Assembly: GCA_964565545.1 (NCBI GenBank)
Contig: CAZMFK010000002.1
Location: forward strand, 1-25,044
Origin: an uncultured Caldisericota bacterium
GTDB lineage: Bacteria; Caldisericota; Caldisericia; UBA6126
Reading direction: 5' to 3'
DNA: 25,044 bases
Positions 1 through 9,261 of this stretch are shown here, piece after piece (the first letter of the stretch is position 1; the number at the start of each line of letters is the position of its first letter). A program made the translations under genes and the position numbers. The notes under the pieces are model-generated. The model did not search any database and had not been told where the DNA came from. It was given only the letters and a program-made list of their open reading frames with translations.

Positions 1-2147
1 GAAAACATCCTGTGAGTTCCGATAACTAGCTCTATTCTCCCTTCCTCCAATTGATGAATTGTTTCTTTTTGTTTTTTTGGAGGGATTAGTCGTGACAAGC
101 AAGCTACATTGATAGGATAAGGAGCATATCGTTCTTTAAAGTTTTCAAAATGTTGACTAGCCAAGATTGTAGTGGGAACAACCAGAGCTACTTGAAAACC
201 ATCCATAATTGCTTTAAAAGCTGCGCGAATAGCTACTTCAGTTTTTCCATATCCTACATCGCCTGTTACCATACGATCCATAATATGAATAGATTCCATA
301 TCCTGTTTAACTTCATGAATAGCCTGTATTTGGTCAATCGTTTCTTCGTATGGAAACATAGATTCCATTTCTTCCTGCCAGGGGGTATCCGGAGCATAAG
401 CAATTCCACTGGATACTTCTCGCTGGGCATACAATTCAAGCAACTCTTTTGCTAAAGCCTCTGCTCCTTCTTTAGCTTTTGTTCGAGTTCTTTCCCATTC
501 TCCTGTACCCAGAGAATTAAGCTGAATCGTCTCAGGATCTCCAATGTATTTGTTAACCATATGAATACGTTCAGGAGGAATATAGAGCTTGTCTTCTTTA
601 GCATACTCCATTAGCATATATTCTTTTTGTTTTCCTTCCGCATCTTTGACAACGGTTAGTCCTCTGTAAATCCCTATTCCATAAGAGTAATGAGACAGGA
701 TATCCCCTAGTTTCAAATCGTCTATAGATTTTATAGGAATACCTTCTTTGAATCGTCGATGGCTCTTGTGTGGGCGTTTCCATCCAAAAAGCTCCAAATC
801 AGTCAGGATAGCGATCTTCTTGTCAGGATAATAGAAACCTTTAGACAAATGGGCATCATGGATAGTTAAGTGAGAATTAAGTAAATCTACTCCCAGATGG
901 GATAGAATTTCAATTACTCGGTTTTTTTGTTTGGTAACAATTAACAAATGTCCCTTTTTTGAAATGTATTGATCAACTGTTGCTTTTAAGTCTCGCTGGA
1001 CAATAGCATCCATATATCGTACGGGCAAAGCAAATTTGGAAGGCATTGACTCGCTCAAAGGCAAAGATTCCAACTCCCAGTTTTTTTTGTGATGAAGAAT
1101 TTTTTGTTTGTTTTCTTCCACAAATAACTCAAACGGAAAATGTAGAATTTCCTTTTTATCTTTTTCGATCGTGCGAATTTCTTCTAATTCTTGCTCCAGA
1201 GCCTCAATGCTTTGTCTAAATTCTTGAGAGTTAAGCCAAATGAGAGGCTCATCGCAACAGAAATAATCAATAAGAGTGCATTCGCGAGATCTGAAAAAGG
1301 GAAAATAGTGCTCAATACCGCTAAAATGTATTCCCTCTTCCATTTTTTCCAAATCATGATCGATTACTTCAGAAACAAGGTGCTTTTGTTTATTCATCCA
1401 TTCACGGATATGCTTTGAAGCATTTTTGTATTGATCTGGAGAAAAAACAAAGTGACTAACGGGCAAAATTGGGTATTGTGTTATTTTTTCGATACTAAGC
1501 TGAGTACTGGGATCAAAAAAACGGATACTTTCCAAAATATTTCCAGCCAATTCCATTCTAACTGGATACTTGGAAGAAGGAGAAAAAATATCGATGATTC
1601 CTCCTTTTACCTTCATGTCACCAATCTTTTCAACACTTGGTTCCTGTCGATACCCCCATTGGTTCAATTTTTCAATTACATCCTCCAGGCGTAAGTTTTG
1701 CCCAGTGGAAATTAACAGAGTATTTTCTTCCAAAACTTCGGGCGCTATCACAGGGTTAAAAAGAGCATAATAAGGAACAAAAACAATAGCATGATCCCTA
1801 ATTACTCTATCTAACACCTGGATTTGTTCACCGATCTGTTCAATGGAAGGAGAAATTTTTTCATAGGGCAACACGGATGAATCAGGAAAAAGTATCATTC
1901 GCTGGCTTTGTTCAGGATCAAGGATTGATTGTAAATCCGCCATCGTATGAGCCAATTGAGATTCATTTTTTGCACAAACCAACATTTTTCCTGAATGATT
2001 TCGAATAATTTCTGCTATGGCTAAAGAAGCAGCAGCGCCAACAGCATTAAACAAGGGGATCCGATATTCAGCATTATTGATAAGTTGAGAGGTTTTGAAA
2101 AAGGGAGTAATTTCAGAAAAAAGATGAACAAATTTTTCCCAAGTCAT
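1..2147 (-). CDS. mfd: Transcription-repair coupling factor Mfd (N-terminal ~715 aa; runs off the left edge)
   Basis: Not in the ORF track (no stop inside the window). Manual translation from ATG 2147 (ATGA overlap with the pth stop) shows no stop: MTWEKFVHLF...FPDSSVLPYE...KGGIIDIFSP...SIRFFDPSTQ (UvrB-homology region), LKLGDILSHYSYGIGIYRG...DKLYIP (RNAP-interacting domain), FPYEETIDQ...MDRMVTGDVGYGKTEVAIRAAFKA (translocase Walker A). pth-mfd adjacency is a common gene order. Confidence 0.97.
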   Translation of the reverse strand, partial: MTWEKFVHLFSEITPFFKTSQLINNAEYRIPLFNAVGAAASLAIAEIIRNHSGKMLVCAKNESQLAHTMADLQSILDPEQSQRMILFPDSSVLPYEKISPSIEQIGEQIQVLDRVIRDHAIVFVPYYALFNPVIAPEVLEENTLLISTGQNLRLEDVIEKLNQWGYRQEPSVEKIGDMKVKGGIIDIFSPSSKYPVRMELAGNILESIRFFDPSTQLSIEKITQYPILPVSHFVFSPDQYKNASKHIREWMNKQKHLVSEVIDHDLEKMEEGIHFSGIEHYFPFFRSRECTLIDYFCCDEPLIWLNSQEFRQSIEALEQELEEIRTIEKDKKEILHFPFELFVEENKQKILHHKKNWELESLPLSESMPSKFALPVRYMDAIVQRDLKATVDQYISKKGHLLIVTKQKNRVIEILSHLGVDLLNSHLTIHDAHLSKGFYYPDKKIAILTDLELFGWKRPHKSHRRFKEGIPIKSIDDLKLGDILSHYSYGIGIYRGLTVVKDAEGKQKEYMLMEYAKEDKLYIPPERIHMVNKYIGDPETIQLNSLGTGEWERTRTKAKEGAEALAKELLELYAQREVSSGIAYAPDTPWQEEMESMFPYEETIDQIQAIHEVKQDMESIHIMDRMVTGDVGYGKTEVAIRAAFKAIMDGFQVALVVPTTILASQHFENFKERYAPYPINVACLSRLIPPKKQKETIHQLEEGRIELVIGTHRMF

Positions 2148-2725
2148 TGAGTTGAATTCTTTTTTCGGGGATATTTGATGGCAGTGTAATCAAAGCCATA
2201 ATCAAGACAATCCAGAACAATATTAACCGAAAGAGCAATAGCTTCTTCAATCAAAGCCCTTTCAGAACTTCGAAAGGGAGTCAGTACATATTCGACTATA
2301 TCATCTTTTTCTGCAGGCCGTCCTATCCCGATACGAATACGGATAAAATCCATCGTGCCAAGTCGCTCAACAATAGATCGCAATCCTCGATGTCCGGCTA
2401 TACTGCCCCCTTTCTTTATCTGCACATTACCCGTATCCAAATCCAGGTCATCATGAATTACTATTAATTGCTGAGGGCTAAAGTTAAATTTTTTTAGCAA
2501 TTGAAAAACTGAATTGCCTGATAAATTCATATAGGTAAATGGCTTTGCAAGGATAAACGAAGGACTAGCTACTCTCTCGATTTTTGCAATTAAAGCCTGA
2601 GATTGCACTAGTTTAATTTTGGTCCGGTACATTGCTGCCAATTGGTCAGCAACCATAAAGCCAACGTTATGTCTTGTTTTTTCGTATTCCGATCCTGGAT
2701 TGCCCAGGCCAGCTACTAAAAACAC
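2144..2725 (-). CDS. pth: Peptidyl-tRNA hydrolase
   Basis: Motifs LVAGLGNPGSEYEKTRHNVGF, KPFTYMNLSG, VIHDDLDL, GHRGLRSI, RIRIGIGRP; GTG start. Confidence 0.97.
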   Translation of the reverse strand: MFLVAGLGNPGSEYEKTRHNVGFMVADQLAAMYRTKIKLVQSQALIAKIERVASPSFILAKPFTYMNLSGNSVFQLLKKFNFSPQQLIVIHDDLDLDTGNVQIKKGGSIAGHRGLRSIVERLGTMDFIRIRIGIGRPAEKDDIVEYVLTPFRSSERALIEEAIALSVNIVLDCLDYGFDYTAIKYPRKKNSTQ

Positions 2726-2730
2726 CGAAT

Positions 2731-3498
2731 TTAGGACTCCTTAAGAGTTTTTTTGATGCTTTTCAATTCTTTTCGAATTTCACTAAGATTTTTAGACATT
2801 TCATACAAAAGATGGATCATAAGATTGCGAACATCATCGTCTGCGAGATCTGAATACCGGGATTGCATATCCGCAGTGAAGCTTTTACGTGTTCGATCCG
2901 GAAAAAAACAAGCGTACAAATCTTTTTCATATTCTTCCAGTTCATCTTCGTCCATATCATAATCTATCGTCATTGAGGGCTTAAGGCCATTGATTTGGGA
3001 AATCAAAGCTACTCGATGCTGCGCTTCTAACTCTTCTTGGGTTCGGCGTTTCCCTTCAGGCACATGTAAAAAGATGGTTGGAAAACAAAAATACTCAACA
3101 CCATTGATAAAAACCATTAAAGGGTACTCTTCCAATATATCCAACAAAACATAAGGAGAAATCATGTATATCTCCCCGCTTTGAATGACAAATACCACCG
3201 TACCTTTTACTGGACGCTCCTTTTTCAAGGATTCAAGTTTTTCTGCAAAATTCTCAAATACAGTTTTTTCAAGCAGCACATGTCTCTTCCAGTGAATATT
3301 TTTGGATGTTTCTGGCAAAAGCAAATCAAGATCTTCCTGGACCTGGTCAAGATACTGAAGTAGGCAAAAGATCCTGTCTGATTGCAATATAGCGGTATTG
3401 GCAGCGATATTGCTTGATCGAAGATGATGTTCGTGAAGTTCGTTTTTAAGAAGCCCTTTGACGACTCGTTTGGCTTCCACAAGATTTTTCGGATTCAA
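2731..3498 (-). CDS. Hypothetical protein, 255 aa, acidic patch and predicted C-terminal coiled coil
   Basis: Long ORF with TTG start preceded by GGGAGGA SD; 5 nt from the pth start; no family recognised. Confidence 0.75.
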   Translation of the reverse strand: MNPKNLVEAKRVVKGLLKNELHEHHLRSSNIAANTAILQSDRIFCLLQYLDQVQEDLDLLLPETSKNIHWKRHVLLEKTVFENFAEKLESLKKERPVKGTVVFVIQSGEIYMISPYVLLDILEEYPLMVFINGVEYFCFPTIFLHVPEGKRRTQEELEAQHRVALISQINGLKPSMTIDYDMDEDELEEYEKDLYACFFPDRTRKSFTADMQSRYSDLADDDVRNLMIHLLYEMSKNLSEIRKELKSIKKTLKES

Positions 3499-3548
3499 CT
3501 AAATTCCTCCCGAGCTAACAAAAAGCTCATAAACAAAATTTACTTTTT

Positions 3549-4664
3549 TTATTCCCTTATATCATACCATAAATTTTCTGTAACGTTAGGGGCTTCGTAC
3601 TCTTTTCTTAACTCAGAAATTAGTTCTTTCACAGATATAATGCTATTAAGCCTCCATGCATTGGCACCTGAAAAAGCAAAACCATGAGTAAAAAGCCCTT
3701 TTTTGGCATTTATCAGTGCTGAGGCAATACAATATGGAGCATTCTTAAAATCGCAGGTAATGATGCAATGGTATGGACAGGAAAAAGGCTTGGTATGGCC
3801 CAATGCAACTTCATTAAGAAATTTATTATTTATTGCTCTTCCAGGCAGTCCTACCGGACTATTAATAATAACTATATCCTGTTGTTTTGAAGAAAGATAG
3901 CTTTGCTTAAAATCATGAGAAGCGTCGCATTCATTGGTTGCTACAAATCGAGTTGCCATTTGAACACCAGCAACTCCTAATTCAATATACTTTCTGATGT
4001 CTTCTCCTGAGTATATTCCTCCTGCAGCAATGACAGGAATTTTCTTTAAGTATTTGGCTTCAATATTTCGAACTTCATCAAGAACTTGAGGTATCAAACA
4101 ATCAAGCTGATATGCTGGGTCATTAATTTGATCTGGTTTGAAGCCTAAATGCCCCCCAGCTTTCGGACCTTCAACAACATAGGCATCAGGTACATAACGA
4201 TACTTTTCATACCACCGCTGAGTTAATATGCGGGCAGCTTTAGCACTGGATATAATGGGCACTAGTTTGGTCTTAACGCTATCTTTCAGATAAGAAGGTA
4301 GATTTAAAGGCAATCCCGCTCCAGCAAATATGATATCGATCCCTTCCTGGATAGCTGCTGTAACATATTCTCCAAAATTGGATAAAGCTGTCATAATATT
4401 CACTCCAATAATACCTTTGGTCAGTGATCTAGCCTTTTTGATTTCTTCTCTTAAAGAGCGAATATTGGCTTGCAAGGTGCTGCCAAAAAAGTCTGGCTCA
4501 TTCATTCCAATACCAGCTACTGCAATGACTCCAATCCCGCCCTGGTTAGCTACCGCGGAAGCTAATCCGGACAAAGATATCCCCACTCCCATTCCTCCCT
4601 GAATAATAGGAATAGAAGCATGCAAATCGCCAATTTGAAGAGAGGGAAATTTTAAAGTAATCAT
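3549..4664 (-). CDS. Nitronate monooxygenase / FabK-like FMN-dependent oxidoreductase
   Basis: PIIQGGMGVGIS, VVEGPKAGGHLG, PVIAAGGI, GVQMATRF motifs; C-terminal Cys cluster CPYHCIITC...YCI. Confidence 0.9.
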   Translation of the reverse strand: MITLKFPSLQIGDLHASIPIIQGGMGVGISLSGLASAVANQGGIGVIAVAGIGMNEPDFFGSTLQANIRSLREEIKKARSLTKGIIGVNIMTALSNFGEYVTAAIQEGIDIIFAGAGLPLNLPSYLKDSVKTKLVPIISSAKAARILTQRWYEKYRYVPDAYVVEGPKAGGHLGFKPDQINDPAYQLDCLIPQVLDEVRNIEAKYLKKIPVIAAGGIYSGEDIRKYIELGVAGVQMATRFVATNECDASHDFKQSYLSSKQQDIVIINSPVGLPGRAINNKFLNEVALGHTKPFSCPYHCIITCDFKNAPYCIASALINAKKGLFTHGFAFSGANAWRLNSIISVKELISELRKEYEAPNVTENLWYDIRE

Positions 4665-4816
4665 TTTACACCTTTGCTCAATTAAGAGAAAACTAATTTT
4701 GATTATTGTAACATAGTATTAGCACAAAGATATATGCGCCTATCAATCCGTTTTTGACACACTATTGAGATAAATAATGAATTGAACAATCCATGCTCGA
4801 AAGCCATTTCAACCTG

Positions 4817-4825
4817 TGATATACT
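4817..4825 (+). promoter_or_regulatory. Putative extended -10 promoter (TGnTATACT) for the GT4-TagA-CsaB operon
   Basis: TG at 4817-4818, TATACT at 4820-4825, weak -35 TCGAAA at 4797-4802 (17-bp spacer); ATG 4834 follows 8 nt later with no SD. Confidence 0.5.
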
Positions 4826-4833
4826 AAGCTGGT

Positions 4834-7755
4834 ATGAATGAACAACCCTTGAGAAGAATTGGCTTTGTGGCAGATGGTGGGGATGCTGGTGGCGCACGAA
4901 CTCACATTTTAGCCTTACTGGCTCGCATGCCTGAACATAATATTGAATGCTATTTTTTTTCACTGGGTGAAGGAGCTCTTTCCAGCTCAGTAAAAAAGCT
5001 TGAAAAAATTCATTTTACCCCTTACCCTTTAAAATCCAAAGCTGACCCTCGTATTTTCAAAGCTATTCAACACTGGGCAAAGGAGCATAGGCTAGATATT
5101 GTTCATACCCATGGCTTGAAAGCTAATATGTATGCACGTTTAGCTCTTTATCGTTCTCCAATGCCAATAGTGACAACTTACCATAGTCATCCTTTTTTCG
5201 ATTATCGAAACCTTTTGTTTGGCATTGCTTTTACCATAATAGACCAACTAAGCCTCCATCGCAGCAATCGTTTTATTGCTGTGTCCTATGAAATTTCGAC
5301 CCAGCTGGAGCATCGTGGGATTAGTAGAGATAAAATTACCATAATTAAAAATGGCGTAGATATTAGTCGTTCGCAGTTCATTGCGGAAAAAAACCTAAGT
5401 GAACAGATTCGCTCACAATGGGATATTCCTTCTGATGCATTTTTAATTGGATCACTGGGAAGGTTGGTCAAAGTTAAAGGGTATCGTGAAATGTTGCATC
5501 TTTTTAAAGAATGTCTCCTGAAAACTGATAAAGAATTGTATTTATTGATCATCGGGGGAGGAGAAGAAGAGCCATCCTTAAAAAAACTAGCTGAAACACT
5601 GAACATTCAAAAAAGAGTGCGGTGGGCTGGATATCAAAAGGATCCCTGGCCTTTAGTTCAAGCATGCGACCTGATGCTGTTTACTCCAAAGTCTGAAGCG
5701 TTGGGTATTGCTATTTTGGAGTGCATGGCTTCTAAAAAAGCTATAGTATCTAAAAAAGTAGGTGGCATACAAGAGCTTCTGCTTGATCGTTATAATGGTA
5801 GAATCCGCTCCAAACGAAACGAATTGGTTAAAATCGTTTTGGAATTAAGTTGCGATTTAGATCAGCGAAAAGCTTTAGCTGAAAATGGTTTTCAAATGGC
5901 TCTTCGCTTTTTTACCCGAGAACAGATGGTAAAAAAAACTGTTCAGCTTTATCGAAGCATTAAAAAAGATAGAGTTTGTTTTCAGGATTTGCCAGTAGAT
6001 AACTACCATAAAGTTGATTTACTGCCAGTTTTATCAAAATGGCTCAACAGTTCTACTTGCCACCAGATAGTAACTATCAACCTGGAGATGATAGCCAGAT
6101 CACAAAAAGATTCTCTTTTTAAAAAAGCCATCAAAGAAGCTGAGCTCGTTATTCCTGATGGCGTAAGCATAATAAAATTAGCTCGATGGATAGACGAGTT
6201 TATAAGTGAAAAAGTTGCTGGAATCGAATTGGGAGAAGATCTACTAAAATTAGCTGAAGCTAACCATAAGGGAGTTTTTTTTCTTGGATCCTCTTCCGAA
6301 AACCTTCAAACGCTAAGAACAAAACTGATTGAACGTTTCCCAAGTCTCAATATAGCTGGAATGCATCATGGCTTCTTTTCTGATTCGGAAGAAAAAGATA
6401 TTGTTGCTTTGATTAATCAAAGTAATGCAGATTTGTTATTTGTAGGAATGGGAGCAGGAAAACAAGACTGCTTCATCCATCGCAACAAAAAAGAGCTTAA
6501 AGCTAAAATTGCAATGGGAATTGGAGGAAGCCTGGATATATGGTCAGGTCGAATGCATCGTGCTCCAGCTTGGGCTATTAAATACAATTTAGAATGGCTT
6601 TATAGAATCATTAGACAGCCCAAGTTGCGTTTATACCGTTTTATTAGCACAGTCCCCGTTTTGTTCTTTTTACGAAAAAGAATCAGAGCTGAAATCTTTC
6701 GGATTTTAATCTCAGGTTATTACGGATACGGAAATATTGGTGATGAAACTATTCTTCAGACACTAGTAAGAGATCTGAAATCATTTTCCAATACTTGTAA
6801 TATGCAATTAACCGTCCTTTCCTCAAATCCTCATATGACTACTTCGTTGGCAGAAGTCAACTCAAGCCGAAGATTTAATCTAATTTCCCTGGTTAGAGAA
6901 ATTATGCGAACAAACGGACTCATCAGTGGCGGAGGGGGTTTGATTCAAGATATTACCAGCATAAAAAGCCCCTGGTATTATTTAGGCATTATTGCTTTGG
7001 CACACATATTAAACAAAAGGGTTTTGGTTTATGCTAACGGCATTGGACCTCTCCATCACCCATTAAATCGTTTTTTAGCCCGGAGCATTCTCTCAAAAGT
7101 TCAACAAATAACTGTCAGAGATGAGCATTCTGAAAATCTTCTTCAATCCTGGGGAATCAAGCACTGTCAATTGACCGTTGATCCCATATTTTCTTATCAA
7201 CCCATACCAATCCAGGATCCATATCAACAATACAATGATTATATTGCTGTTTCCCTTGGACCTTCCAAAGAAACTGCCATAAAAAACAAGCATATTGCGC
7301 ATCACCTTGATTTGTTAAGCCAAAAAACAGGCAAATATTGTCTTTTTACTCCTTTTTATGGCACATATGACAGTCGTTTTTCAGCAAAAATCATAAAGCA
7401 GATGAATGAGAAATCATATTTGATCGATACTTTTTTGCTTCCTGAAGAAATGTTTTCGCTGTTGAAGCGTTCAGCTTTTGGGGTGGGAATGAGGTTGCAT
7501 TTTCTGGTTTTTCTTTCTCTGCTCAACAAACCTATACTACCAATTATGTATGACCCTAAAGTAGAAGCATTTTGTCAACAGCTTGCCCTGCCTTTTGCCT
7601 GGAGGAAAAATATTTCTCAGCAGGAAATGACCCAACAAATGGAATTTTTCATACCCTATTCCCGTCAGGCTGTTTCATATCAAAGTTCCTTGAAAGATCT
7701 ATCATTTCGCAACATAATTAACAAAGAAAATCTTCGGGAATTTATATGTTTTTAA
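4834..7755 (+). CDS. Triple fusion: GT4 glycosyltransferase + WecB/TagA/CpsF (GT26) glycosyltransferase + CsaB-type polysaccharide pyruvyltransferase
   Basis: aa ~1-378 GT4 (DIVHTHG, AVS, EALGIAILE = EX7E); aa ~379-620 TagA-like (VTINLEM, PDGVSI, GMHHGFF, GIGGSLDIWSG..HRAP, NLEWLYR); aa ~621-973 CsaB-like (SGYYGYGNIGDE, GGGGLIQDITS.KS.WYY, VRD..S, GMRLH, YDPKV). One uninterrupted 973-codon ORF. Confidence 0.92.
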   Translation: MNEQPLRRIGFVADGGDAGGARTHILALLARMPEHNIECYFFSLGEGALSSSVKKLEKIHFTPYPLKSKADPRIFKAIQHWAKEHRLDIVHTHGLKANMYARLALYRSPMPIVTTYHSHPFFDYRNLLFGIAFTIIDQLSLHRSNRFIAVSYEISTQLEHRGISRDKITIIKNGVDISRSQFIAEKNLSEQIRSQWDIPSDAFLIGSLGRLVKVKGYREMLHLFKECLLKTDKELYLLIIGGGEEEPSLKKLAETLNIQKRVRWAGYQKDPWPLVQACDLMLFTPKSEALGIAILECMASKKAIVSKKVGGIQELLLDRYNGRIRSKRNELVKIVLELSCDLDQRKALAENGFQMALRFFTREQMVKKTVQLYRSIKKDRVCFQDLPVDNYHKVDLLPVLSKWLNSSTCHQIVTINLEMIARSQKDSLFKKAIKEAELVIPDGVSIIKLARWIDEFISEKVAGIELGEDLLKLAEANHKGVFFLGSSSENLQTLRTKLIERFPSLNIAGMHHGFFSDSEEKDIVALINQSNADLLFVGMGAGKQDCFIHRNKKELKAKIAMGIGGSLDIWSGRMHRAPAWAIKYNLEWLYRIIRQPKLRLYRFISTVPVLFFLRKRIRAEIFRILISGYYGYGNIGDETILQTLVRDLKSFSNTCNMQLTVLSSNPHMTTSLAEVNSSRRFNLISLVREIMRTNGLISGGGGLIQDITSIKSPWYYLGIIALAHILNKRVLVYANGIGPLHHPLNRFLARSILSKVQQITVRDEHSENLLQSWGIKHCQLTVDPIFSYQPIPIQDPYQQYNDYIAVSLGPSKETAIKNKHIAHHLDLLSQKTGKYCLFTPFYGTYDSRFSAKIIKQMNEKSYLIDTFLLPEEMFSLLKRSAFGVGMRLHFLVFLSLLNKPILPIMYDPKVEAFCQQLALPFAWRKNISQQEMTQQMEFFIPYSRQAVSYQSSLKDLSFRNIINKENLREFICF

Positions 7756-8390
7756 CGAATCAAGCATTTTGCCCCATTTGTGAAAGCTCTATTCAACCAA
7801 ACGATAATGTTTTTTGTGCTCTCTGTCAAAACCATATAGAAGAATCAAAAACAAAGTCGCCTTGCCATACCAGTCTTTATGGGGACAGGATCCTCTATGC
7901 TTTTCGATATGTTGGAATCATCCGCCAGTGGATGTTAAAATATAAATATGGAAAACACTTTGTCTTTTCTCGCTTATTTGCCCAAGAGCTTTGGAAGGTT
8001 GTGCAGCAGTATCTTGACTGGAAAGATTTATTGTTAATACCCGTACCCACTACTTGGAATAAATTGCTTCAGCGAAAACATCATCCAGCAGAATTAATTG
8101 CTTACGAGCTACACCTTTGTTCCCAACTAAAAATACTCCCCACTGCGCTCCGCAAAAGATGGAGTTGGACAGATCAAAGCCAATCCAGTTCAAGCCGAAT
8201 TAATAGATTGTATAATCCCAACCTTCTTTTCTCTTGTGCGAGAGGGATAAATCAATATGCTAACCATAAAGGGTGGCTGGTGGTAGATGATGTTTTTACA
8301 ACAGGCAGCACGCTACATGCATGTAAAAAAGCCTTATTAAAAAGCTTTCCTGAAATGCCAGTAGTTTTAGCTTCGGTGGCTCATGGCTAA
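7746..8390 (+). CDS. comF: ComF-family protein (zinc ribbon + phosphoribosyltransferase fold)
   Basis: CPIC...CALC, KYKY, IPVP, PRPP-binding motif VVDDVFTTGSTL. Confidence 0.85.
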   Translation: MFLTNQAFCPICESSIQPNDNVFCALCQNHIEESKTKSPCHTSLYGDRILYAFRYVGIIRQWMLKYKYGKHFVFSRLFAQELWKVVQQYLDWKDLLLIPVPTTWNKLLQRKHHPAELIAYELHLCSQLKILPTALRKRWSWTDQSQSSSSRINRLYNPNLLFSCARGINQYANHKGWLVVDDVFTTGSTLHACKKALLKSFPEMPVVLASVAHG

Positions 8391-9258
8391 AGCCAAATCC
8401 AAATCCGAACATCCTGTACGCCTTGTAGTAATTGATTTGGATGGAACCTTTCTTAGGGATGATAAAAGCATTCCAGAAGAAAACCTAAGAGCCCTGGCCC
8501 TTTTAAATGACTGCAAAATCCCTTATTCAGTTGCAACTGGAAGATCTTATATTTCTGCATTTCCTTTTCTTGAACATTTTTCCAATCAAGTTCCGGTAAT
8601 TCTCCAAAATGGAGCATTGATGTTATGGACAGATTCCCTCAAAAAGCATCGACAAATTTCTTTGAGTAGTCATGTCGCTAGATTTGTTTTTTCAAAGGCA
8701 GATGCCTACGGATTACATTGCGTGGTGTCCCGAGGGTGGCTGGAAGATGCATGTCTTTGGTTGAATAAACCTTATGAAGGCATTTATCTTCCCTACCTCG
8801 AAAAACACGGGATTCAATTTTCACTATCTTGTCCTGAAAAAACTTTTACAAAAGATGATATTAGCGAAGTTGTTTTACTTGGGTGCGAATCCAAAATGCA
8901 TAGGCTGATTTCAGAAACTTTTCATCATTTTAGCAACACCTTTAGCATAATTAAAAGTTTTGAATGGCAGGGAGAAACCTTTTTAGAAATAATGGGCCCC
9001 AATGTTTCAAAAAGCCTTTCGATAAAGCATCTTTGCGATCATTTGAGCATTCCAGTTGAGTCAGTCTTATTTATTGGAGATAATTACAATGATCTGGATG
9101 CTATGACCATGGTGGGATATCCTGTTGCTGTATCCAATGCCCTTGAACCTGTTAAAGACCGGGCATGTTTTGTAAGCAAAAGCAATAACGAAGGCGGAGT
9201 GGGTCATGCTATTAACTATATGCTCCAAAAATGGTCATTTAAAGGTTTAGAGAGGTGA
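8383..9258 (+). CDS. Cof-type HAD-IIB hydrolase
   Basis: DLDGTFL (motif I), ATGR (II), ILQNGA, VSKS (III), IGDNYND (IV), SNNEGGV. Confidence 0.93.
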   Translation: MAKAKSKSEHPVRLVVIDLDGTFLRDDKSIPEENLRALALLNDCKIPYSVATGRSYISAFPFLEHFSNQVPVILQNGALMLWTDSLKKHRQISLSSHVARFVFSKADAYGLHCVVSRGWLEDACLWLNKPYEGIYLPYLEKHGIQFSLSCPEKTFTKDDISEVVLLGCESKMHRLISETFHHFSNTFSIIKSFEWQGETFLEIMGPNVSKSLSIKHLCDHLSIPVESVLFIGDNYNDLDAMTMVGYPVAVSNALEPVKDRACFVSKSNNEGGVGHAINYMLQKWSFKGLER

Positions 9259-9261
9259 ACA

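Noticed and set aside
150-1770. Short tracked ORFs (150-455, 598-783, 1191-1418, 1431-1694, 1570-1770)
   Set aside because: All lie antisense or out of frame within the continuous mfd ORF and show no motifs.
4754-4782. Perfect TTGACA as the -35 of the fusion operon
   Set aside because: No acceptable -10 at 16-18 bp (AATAAT is only 13 bp away).
4703-4963. 86-aa minus-strand ORF across the divergent promoter region
   Set aside because: Overlaps the start of the 973-aa fusion, has no recognisable SD or motif; likely a shadow ORF.
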